Shown in pieces: positions 55,684 through 64,000 of a DNA stretch of 64,000 nt; positions within the stretch are counted from its first letter, which is position 1, and the number at the start of each line of letters is the position of its first letter. The stretch comes from Chitinophagales bacterium. GTDB taxonomy: Bacteria > Bacteroidota > Bacteroidia > Chitinophagales > BACL12. The position numbers and the translations under genes are program-made. The stretch covers positions 68,913 through 132,912 of the forward strand of contig JBGSYF010000017.1 in NCBI GenBank assembly GCA_041751015.1, read 5' to 3'. Under the pieces are notes generated by a model. The model ran no database searches. It saw only the letters and a list, made by a program, of their open reading frames with translations, and had not been told where the DNA came from.

Positions 55684-56667
55684 TCAATCTTTCAGACAGC
55701 GGACAGAAAGACCATTGTACTTGATCATGGTTGTCCTAAGGACATCATCATCCAGGTAGCGCAGCCTTCGCATTTGGGCAAGTAATGGGGCGGATTCTGT
55801 CGAAGTCCACCAGTTTCCCTGTATGGAAATGGATTCATACAAGCCTGAATTGTTCTTCATTCCTCCAGGCAAGCCGGAGAAACCACTGCTGTTTGTTGCC
55901 CCGGTGTTTGGTGCTGCCCACAATCCGGTTCCCTCAAACAAGTTCCCGGTTGTCTTCATTGCCCCTCCTGCCACCGTTAAGCCGCCAAGATGGTCTGTCA
56001 ACTCCGTGAATTCAGCATCGGAAGCCGGATGCCATCCAAGGGGACAAAGTCCACGGGGATCGGTGAGGGCAAACCAATTGTAAAGCAAGCCATAGAAGTC
56101 TTTATTCGCTAAAACATCATTGTAGATGGCAAATGCGCCACTGCTTGTAGTACTCCAGGCCGCGTTGTCCAGCCCCGTTGCAATACCATCTCCATTCCGG
56201 TAGTGTTCCGTCCTTAGGTTCTGTTGCATCCAACACTTCCCGTCAATTTCTACGGTTTGGTAAACGTTTCCATCGATGTCGCTAACGGTAGAAGGACAAG
56301 TGCTGGAGCCTCCGACCACAAACATATCCGGAGCGGAAACAGGGGTTACATCATATGGGGGAGTGTTGCTGCACGCAGCCTGAACACGCCAGACATAGGT
56401 GCCCGGTGTCAGTTGAGCATCGGGAACCGCAAACTGATCCCGCTCAAATCCCGCAAATCGCTTGGTGATCACTGCTCCCGAAGGCAGGTCAACCCGCAAT
56501 TGAACACCAATACTTCCAGGTACTGCATCCCATTCCAGCAAAGCCCCAAGACCCGGAGTGTAGGTAGAAACCAGACCAGATGGGGCAACCGCCGGATTGC
56601 AGATTTGAGCCTGAGAACGTGGGTTTAACACACCCAGTATCAGGGTTAAGCTGATAACTCTAAGCAT
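55684..56667 (-). CDS. secreted protein with Fibrobacter succinogenes major paralogous (FISUMP) domain
   Basis: DIDGNVYQTVEIDGKCWMQQNL...YGLLYNWFA...CPLGWHPASDAEFTEL...GFSGLPGG...WWTSTE...NGLSVRCLKD. Confidence 0.8.
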   Translation of the reverse strand: MLRVISLTLILGVLNPRSQAQICNPAVAPSGLVSTYTPGLGALLEWDAVPGSIGVQLRVDLPSGAVITKRFAGFERDQFAVPDAQLTPGTYVWRVQAACSNTPPYDVTPVSAPDMFVVGGSSTCPSTVSDIDGNVYQTVEIDGKCWMQQNLRTEHYRNGDGIATGLDNAAWSTTSSGAFAIYNDVLANKDFYGLLYNWFALTDPRGLCPLGWHPASDAEFTELTDHLGGLTVAGGAMKTTGNLFEGTGLWAAPNTGATNSSGFSGLPGGMKNNSGLYESISIQGNWWTSTESAPLLAQMRRLRYLDDDVLRTTMIKYNGLSVRCLKD

Positions 56668-56779
56668 GATGGATTAGATTTAATCTTAAAGTTCAAAAAC
56701 TATTCTCTAAAAAACAAACATGTGTTATAAATTATATTAATTCAATATATAATTATATCAAATTAATAAGTCGCTGTAA

Positions 56780-58345
<1,566 letters not shown>

Positions 58346-58373
58346 GTAACGCTGCCTCGCGCTCTTTCCTCAC

Positions 58374-58760
58374 TCACAAAGGTCTGTGCGGATCCACTTT
58401 TGTGCTGCTTCCTGAAGTGGAGGAAGTTGAAGGAGCCGATGCAGATTGGACGATGCGTCGGAGTTCATCGCGCTCAAAACTCAGATCGCTAATTTGCTTT
58501 TCAGCTCTTTTCCTGAAACGCCGTTCGGCCAGAAATGCCGGCAAAACCGCTATGCAGGCGAGCAGGATGCCGATGAAAACACAGGTGAACAACAGCAGGG
58601 CCAGCGATACATCCCATCCCCAGAGGGCAAACTGAAATCTGACGGTTCCGGAGTTTTGCAGGGTAAACCAAACCACCAGCAAACCAAAAGCGGCAATGGC
58701 CGAGAGTGTGAAGAGGTGACTTTTATTCTTGGGTACCTCTTCCAGATTAGACTTCGCCAT
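58374..58760 (-). CDS. LapA/DUF1049-like small inner-membrane protein
   Basis: Two TM segments flanking FTLQNSGTVRFQFALWGWDVSLALLL, then a charged C-terminal tail. Confidence 0.6.
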   Translation of the reverse strand: MAKSNLEEVPKNKSHLFTLSAIAAFGLLVVWFTLQNSGTVRFQFALWGWDVSLALLLFTCVFIGILLACIAVLPAFLAERRFRKRAEKQISDLSFERDELRRIVQSASAPSTSSTSGSSTKVDPHRPL

Positions 58761-58866
58761 AATGCGGAATTTTATAGGGCTTGTCCATCAATACAACGGA
58801 TTGTGCCTATGCGCAAAGTTAAGCCCAATTGCAGCGCCAATCCCGCCGAGCTGGGCTTTCACTCAC

Positions 58867-58914
58867 CGCGCAGCACAACGCCCAGCACACCGCCCATCAC
58901 ACCGCCCAGCACCT
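58867..58914. repeat. 4 x 12-bp tandem repeat (CGCCCAGCACAC-like) in a divergent intergenic region
   Basis: CGCGCAGCACAA / CGCCCAGCACAC / CGCCCATCACAC / CGCCCAGCACCT, read directly from the sequence. Confidence 0.8.
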
Positions 58915-59014
58915 GTCCGCAGTGCGCGGAACCAGGCCTGACTCGTCTTCGCACCCTGAGCATTTTCGGCAAAGCGCTCAAAAACAGGTACATTTCGGGC
59001 TGATACTCCGCAGT

Positions 59015-59860
59015 ATGGACTTTCTGGACTGGAACCTGTTCACCATCGGCGCCTGGACCCTAAAGGTCAGCAATCTGCTGGCCATCATTCTGGTCATCGT
59101 CATTGCCCGCACGATCTATGTGGTGATGCGCCGGGGTTTTCTCAATCCCTATTTCAGACGTCAAAAGATCGATGAAGGCCGGCAATTTGCCATTGGCCAA
59201 CTGGTCAAGTACATCATCTATACCGTCGCGCTGATACTGGCCATAGAGGCTTCGGGAGCCAAGATCACCGTGCTCTACGCCGCCGGTGCAGCCCTGCTGG
59301 TGGGTATGGGCATCGGCATTCAGCAGACCTTTAACGACTTTGTCTCGGGCATCATTCTGTTGGTGGAAGGATCGATCAAGAAGGGCGACTGGCTGTTGAT
59401 TGGCGATATGGAGGGAAAGGTGATCCGCATCGGGCTGAGAACCTCTCTGATTCAGACGCGGCGTCGTATCGCCGTGATTGTTCCCAATTCCAAGATCACC
59501 GTAGAGAATGTGATCAACCTCAGTCATGGAAATGCCTTCATTCGCTATGATATCTCAGTGCGGGTAGCCTACGGCAGTGACAGCCGCCAGGTGGAACAAA
59601 TCCTGATCAACAGCGCCAGCCGTCACAATGGCGTGCTTCGCTCACCGGGACCCTTTGTGCGCCTGGTGGATTTTGCCGATAACGGTATGATCTTCGAGCT
59701 GCATTTCTGGAGCAACCAGTTCCAGCGCATCGTGGACATCAAGAGCGATCTGCGCTTTGAGGTGGAAAAACAGTTGCGCACAGCAGGGGTGGTCATACCC
59801 CTTCCCCAGCGCGATCTGCGCCTGGTTTCCGGCTTTCAGAAACCCTCGCCGCCCGCCTAG
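59015..59860 (+). CDS. small-conductance mechanosensitive channel (MscS family)
   Basis: Three TM segments, then GAALLVGMGIGIQQTFNDFVSGIILLVEGSIKKGDWLLIGDMEGKVIRIGLRTSLIQT. Start at ATG 59015 (MDFLDWNLF). Confidence 0.85.
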   Translation: MDFLDWNLFTIGAWTLKVSNLLAIILVIVIARTIYVVMRRGFLNPYFRRQKIDEGRQFAIGQLVKYIIYTVALILAIEASGAKITVLYAAGAALLVGMGIGIQQTFNDFVSGIILLVEGSIKKGDWLLIGDMEGKVIRIGLRTSLIQTRRRIAVIVPNSKITVENVINLSHGNAFIRYDISVRVAYGSDSRQVEQILINSASRHNGVLRSPGPFVRLVDFADNGMIFELHFWSNQFQRIVDIKSDLRFEVEKQLRTAGVVIPLPQRDLRLVSGFQKPSPPA

Positions 59861-60603
59861 GTGTTCATGCTGCGAATCTTCTCCATCAGCGCCGCCTTTC
59901 GCCTCACCGACACATCCAGCACGCTGCCGTCATCCATTTCCACCTGACCTGAGCGGCCCTTGAGGTAACTGCGCACATGCCGCAGATTGATCAGGTGACT
60001 TTGGTGTATGCGGAAAAACTCCTCATCTCCCAACAACTCCTCCACGTGCTTGAGGGTGCGGGAGATCATCATGCGCTTGCCATTGGTCAGATAGAAATTG
60101 GTGTAATTGCTGTCGGACTCGCAACGCACAATGTCTTCGAGCTTGACAAACTGATAGCCGCTCTGGGAGGGGAGAACAATCTTGTGAAACTGATCGCGGC
60201 GATTGTCGCGCAGGGTCTCCACCTGTTGCTGTCGAATTCCCGACTCCCGCTTCTGACTGACCTTCTCCACCGCCTGCTTCAGCTTGGAAACGCGCAAGGG
60301 TTTGAGCAGATAATCCACGGCGGAGTATTCAAATGCCTTAACAGCATATTGATCAAATGCCGTTACAAAGATGACGTCAAAGTTGATCTCCGGCACCATG
60401 TCAAAGAGTTTGAAGCCGTCGTAGACGGGCATCTCGACATCCAGAAACACCAATTCTGGCTTCTGCTGGCCAATCAGGGCCACGGCTGACGGAACATTGT
60501 CCGCCTCGCCCACCAGCTCAATCTGGGGGCAGTATCGCTCCAGCAATTCACGTAGGAATTCCCGGCCCTTCCGCTCGTCTTCTACGATCACGGAGCGGAT
60601 CAT
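59857..60603 (-). CDS. LytTR-family two-component response regulator
   Basis: Receiver domain MIRSVIVEDERKGREFL...LVFLDVEMP and LytTR DNA-binding domain FFRIHQSHLINLRHV. Alternative in-frame starts at ATG 60618 and GTG 60621. Confidence 0.9.
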   Translation of the reverse strand: MIRSVIVEDERKGREFLRELLERYCPQIELVGEADNVPSAVALIGQQKPELVFLDVEMPVYDGFKLFDMVPEINFDVIFVTAFDQYAVKAFEYSAVDYLLKPLRVSKLKQAVEKVSQKRESGIRQQQVETLRDNRRDQFHKIVLPSQSGYQFVKLEDIVRCESDSNYTNFYLTNGKRMMISRTLKHVEELLGDEEFFRIHQSHLINLRHVRSYLKGRSGQVEMDDGSVLDVSVRRKAALMEKIRSMNT

Positions 60604-63535
60604 CCTCACTTTCTCCATCACTCAACCTTTTTTTTGAATCCTCTTGTACCGGAATGGTCAGCACCACTCTGGTTCCCACTCCTCCCTGAGTTTTCCTGTC
60701 AAAGACCTCCATGCCCACCTTACCGGGGCTCATTTTGTTGAATACCTGCAATCGGCTTCGGGTGATCTCCATTCCCGATGAGCGGTGCTCCTCCGATTTC
60801 CACTGTTCCATCGCCCTGGCCTGATCTATACCCACACCGTCATCATCAATGGTGCAAATCAGTTTGTCTCCCTGCAGAGCAAATCGAATGTCGATATGGC
60901 CGGTTCCCTCTTTATGCCTCAAACCATGCCGAATGGAATTCTCCACAAAGGGCTGAATGAGCAGGGATGGAACAAAGGTATGGTGTATATCCACTCCTGA
61001 ACCTACCTCAATATGGTACTCCAGCATTTCGTCAAAGCGCATCTTCTCCAACATCAGGTAGGTGTTCAAAAAGGCGATCTCATCGCTGAGCGGAATGGAC
61101 ATATGCTTGGAGTTCTCAAAACTCCGGCGAATCAGATCCCCAAACTCGGCCAAATAGTCCAGCGCGCTCTCGGTATCGTTGCGCAAAATAAACTGCTGAA
61201 TAGAATTGAGCACATTGTAGATGAAATGCGGGTTCATCTGGGCTCGAAGGGCCATTTGCTCCGTCTCAGCCAATTGCTTTTCCAGGATGAGTTTGGCCTC
61301 GCGGTGCCGGGCCCTGCGCCGGGTTTCGAGCCAGACCAGACCAATGCTCAAGGCGAGTATCAACAAGCCGGCCAATACCTGATAACCCCGTTGCTGCCAG
61401 ATGGCCGGGCGGATGACAAAGACGATCCGCTCCGTAGTCGGGCTCTCCATATCGTAGATGTCCACGGAGCGCAATTCAAGCGTATAGGTAGCCGGTCTGA
61501 GTTTGGAAAGGCGCAATTCCCCAAAAGCGGTTTCCTGCCAGTCGTCGTGCAAGCCTGAGACCCGGTATCGATATCGGATGCGGCGCGAGTCGGAATAGGC
61601 GATTCCACTGAAACGGATCTCCAGATCGTTCTGGAAATGGGCCAGTTCGTATTCAGGGAGTATGGTCGTATCGCGGTTGTCGATGATCACCGCGGTGATC
61701 TCTATGCCCGGCTTGGTGCGCGGCTCGCGGGTGATCAGGTCTCTGGGGAAAAAACTCAGGCCGGCATTGGTGCGCAACCAGATGGTATCCCGGCTTTCAA
61801 GCCCCCCCCTCACCTCTCCGATGATCAGGCCGTCATTCTCATACAGACTATAGACCCTGAAATTCAGGCTCTCATAGTCCATATCGCTGAGTTTATTGAC
61901 GCCGTTGGAGCCGATGACCCAGAGCTCACCGGATTCATCCAGCCAGGCATCGACAAGGCTGTTGGAGTTCAGTCCGCGCTCGGTTCCAAATCGAAGGAGG
62001 CTGTCGTTTTGCCAGAGAAACAGACCCATGCCATAGCTGCTCATCCACACGCGGTTTTGGCCGGGCAGACCGGCCATTCCGCTGATGATGAGTTTGCGCG
62101 ATTCAGTGTTGGCCACCAGGGTGTCCACCACCCCGTTCTGGTAGCTGAGCAGCCCCCCCATGGTGTACAGCCAGGTTCGCTCCAGCACACTGTCGTACCA
62201 GGCCACGCGCGCAGGACCGGAAATCAGGCGATAGGGGCCGGCTTCTACCGCGCCCGGCTCGGCGCTCTGAGGCCATTCGAACTGAAAAAAGCCCGCGCTG
62301 GAGGTGAGCAGGACCGTTGAAGCAGGGCCGCGAATGAGTTTGTAGGGATTGCCCAGTTGCTGGAATTCCCTCTGTGCGCCCGAAGGGTGTTGGGCGAGCA
62401 GACTCTGCTGTTGTCCATTGCGCTCCAGACTCCAGCGAACCCCGTCACGGCTGTAGATACGGCGGCTGAACAACTCGTCCATGAGCCCGGACTCCACGCC
62501 GCGGATGTTGCGAACCTGCCGGGCCCGGTAACTGAGCAGGAAGAGTCCCGCTGATTCTGTGCCCACCCAAAGATTGTCGTCGCGGTCCTGAAAGATGCTG
62601 GTGATCACTTCAGAATCCAGGTAGCGTATGGCCTGCCCTTGATCGAGTTGATCGGCCGGAAAGAAATACAGGCCACCGGCAAAGGATCCGATCCACCAGT
62701 TTCCCTGGGGGTCAATGAAGGCTGTGCTCAGGTCGAGCTCTGAACGGAGCAAGTGCTGAAGAGCCGGAAACACAGGTTCAGCCTGATTGCCATTCAGCAG
62801 AAGAATCCGCTCGCTCGAGATGTAATACAGCTTATTCTGAGGATCGCTGAGTAAATAGTGCCGTCTCACGAAGCTGGAGTTGCGCAGCAGCGTATCGAGC
62901 TTGGAATCCTTGAGTCGCACGAGGTAATTTCCCGTACCATACCATAAGGTTTGTTCATCATCCGCATAGTAAAGCGAAGCGCCGGATAGATCAAAACCCT
63001 TTGGTACACGCTCAAAGGCCTGCAACTGACCATCTATGAATTGCCAGATGCTTTGACCTGAGCCGGCAAACATCTGACCCTCAGGACTGGCGACCGCGGA
63101 GTTGATGCGCGGGCTCTGAGCTTGTTCTGGCACGCGCAGGGGATTGAATTCGCTGTCCTGCCAATACCCAATGCCGGCCTGCAACCACAGCCACAGCCTA
63201 TCCTGAGGGTCATTGTAAACCTTGATCACGGAGTTTCCGGGCAGGCCATCCAATACTCCGTAAGTCTTGAAGGCACTTCCGTTATAGCGGCAAAGGCCGA
63301 GCTCGGTTCCCACCCAAATCAAACCCCTGCTGTCCTGCGTTATGTCAAAGACCTTGGAAGAGGCCAAACCATCATTGACGCTAAAGCGTTCAAAGCGAAA
63401 TTCCTGCGCCTGCAGGGCGAAGCTCATTCCGATCAGCCAAAAGGCCATGCAGAAGCGACTCGCTGCGCGGGCGCTGAAAGAACCTTCAGTTGGCTGGTAG
63501 CAGGTGTTCATGAAGAAAAAGATGTCCTGAACCAC
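60548..63535 (-). CDS. sensor histidine kinase: periplasmic two-component-regulator beta-propeller/Y_Y_Y region + TM + LytS/YehU-type His_kinase + HATPase
   Basis: Repeated propeller strands (GLIWVGTELGL, DRLWLW, NLWVGTESAGLF, GELWVIGSNGV). TM segment YQVLAGLLILALSIGLVWL. H-box LRAQMNPHFIYNVLNSIQQFI. ATPase motifs SLLIQPFVENSIRHG and IDDDGVGI. Start uncertain (GTG 63535, ATG 63511 or 63448). The 3' end overlaps the regulator gene. Confidence 0.85.
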   Translation of the reverse strand: MVQDIFFFMNTCYQPTEGSFSARAASRFCMAFWLIGMSFALQAQEFRFERFSVNDGLASSKVFDITQDSRGLIWVGTELGLCRYNGSAFKTYGVLDGLPGNSVIKVYNDPQDRLWLWLQAGIGYWQDSEFNPLRVPEQAQSPRINSAVASPEGQMFAGSGQSIWQFIDGQLQAFERVPKGFDLSGASLYYADDEQTLWYGTGNYLVRLKDSKLDTLLRNSSFVRRHYLLSDPQNKLYYISSERILLLNGNQAEPVFPALQHLLRSELDLSTAFIDPQGNWWIGSFAGGLYFFPADQLDQGQAIRYLDSEVITSIFQDRDDNLWVGTESAGLFLLSYRARQVRNIRGVESGLMDELFSRRIYSRDGVRWSLERNGQQQSLLAQHPSGAQREFQQLGNPYKLIRGPASTVLLTSSAGFFQFEWPQSAEPGAVEAGPYRLISGPARVAWYDSVLERTWLYTMGGLLSYQNGVVDTLVANTESRKLIISGMAGLPGQNRVWMSSYGMGLFLWQNDSLLRFGTERGLNSNSLVDAWLDESGELWVIGSNGVNKLSDMDYESLNFRVYSLYENDGLIIGEVRGGLESRDTIWLRTNAGLSFFPRDLITREPRTKPGIEITAVIIDNRDTTILPEYELAHFQNDLEIRFSGIAYSDSRRIRYRYRVSGLHDDWQETAFGELRLSKLRPATYTLELRSVDIYDMESPTTERIVFVIRPAIWQQRGYQVLAGLLILALSIGLVWLETRRRARHREAKLILEKQLAETEQMALRAQMNPHFIYNVLNSIQQFILRNDTESALDYLAEFGDLIRRSFENSKHMSIPLSDEIAFLNTYLMLEKMRFDEMLEYHIEVGSGVDIHHTFVPSLLIQPFVENSIRHGLRHKEGTGHIDIRFALQGDKLICTIDDDGVGIDQARAMEQWKSEEHRSSGMEITRSRLQVFNKMSPGKVGMEVFDRKTQGGVGTRVVLTIPVQEDSKKRLSDGESEDDPLRDRRRRAEGPGIPT

Positions 63536-63695
63536 ATCAGCGACAAGATACGGCTCTCACAGGAGTATCGTAAATAAAGAGCCTGATTTCCCGGCAATAC
63601 CAAGCATACAATTGCAGCAAAATTGCCAAAGAGTCAATGTTTTATAAGTTCACTTCCTGCTAATTTAAGTTTATTGCCATTGATCAGGAGCTGCA

Positions 63696-63723
63696 TTGCT
63701 CCACAAATCAAGTGCTATATTTG
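63696..63723 (+). promoter_or_regulatory. candidate Bacteroidota promoter (-33 TTG, -7 TATATTTG)
   Basis: TTG at 63696..63698, a 17-nt spacer, then TATATTTG at 63716..63723, 25 nt before ATG 63749. Confidence 0.4.
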
Positions 63724-63748
63724 ACTTTAACTGAATGTAAAAAGACTC

Positions 63749-64000
63749 ATGAGATTATTATTTATAATTATATTTTCTCTTTTTGCGACTTCCTGTGAAC
63801 GCGCTGCCCAGTCAACAGAAAGCGCTAAGGAGAGTGACCTTTACTACGGCGTGATTAAGCCAATGGGTATGACTACCTGGCAATACGGAACTCATCTGCT
63901 CAGCGGCTATAAACCAGACGAAAGAGAGGGCTCTGAAGCAGAGCCGATCATGTTTGCCATGAAATCGGATGGTAAGGTGGATTTGGATGCCTACTCGGGT
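63749..64000 (+). CDS. hypothetical lipoprotein, 3' end cut by the window edge
   Basis: Absent from the ORF track (no stop in the window). Hand translation gives MRLLFIIIFSLFATSCERAAQSTESAKESDLYYGVIKPMGMTTWQYGTHLLSGYKPDEREGSEAEPIMFAMKSDGKVDLDAYSG, with lipobox LFATSC. Confidence 0.5.
   Translation, partial: MRLLFIIIFSLFATSCERAAQSTESAKESDLYYGVIKPMGMTTWQYGTHLLSGYKPDEREGSEAEPIMFAMKSDGKVDLDAYSG

Noticed and set aside
59857-59860. The convergent mscS and response-regulator genes overlap by 4 nt, sharing the palindrome CTAG as both stop codons.
   Set aside because: It is real in the sequence but a trivial consequence of TAG being self-complementary within CTAG, and no functional implication can be argued.

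Overview
This is a chromosomal, mostly housekeeping segment of a Bacteroidota-type genome. I infer the phylum from five type IX secretion (T9SS) sorting domains, two PorP/SprF genes, TAnnTTTG -7 promoter boxes and an atpBEFHAG operon without atpDC. I call about 48 protein genes, two of them edge-truncated and absent from the ORF track, plus one tRNA (anticodon CAT). I saw no rRNA, CRISPR array, transposase, integrase or phage genes. Recognisable core genes are a split transketolase N-subunit, icmF, rpoN, asnS, scpB, rluB, guaB, a CofH/MqnC-family radical SAM enzyme, an M16 peptidase pair, MscS, and a LytTR response regulator with a propeller-type histidine kinase. No clear-cut new multi-gene defence or mobile system is visible. 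Four things deserve follow-up. (1) A cargo-dedicated T9SS module at 13.8-27.0 kb: PorE-like OmpA protein, PorP/SprF, a 2790-aa adhesin with 22 tandem ~95-aa repeats and a type B C-terminal domain (CTD), then a second PorP/SprF. (2) An ABC ATPase next to a 1196-aa fusion of an ABC-2 permease and an M1 zinc peptidase with a non-canonical exopeptidase motif. (3) A low-GC stand-alone HNH nuclease with an unidentified N-terminal domain, a candidate modification-dependent restriction enzyme. (4) Small sequence oddities: an A8 tract at a kinase/regulator junction, 36-bp and 12-bp tandem repeats, a 17% GC intergenic island, and -7 boxes abutting start codons. No searches were run. All calls rest on motifs I recognise in the supplied translations and on hand reading of the DNA, and start codons are often my choice among in-frame alternatives.
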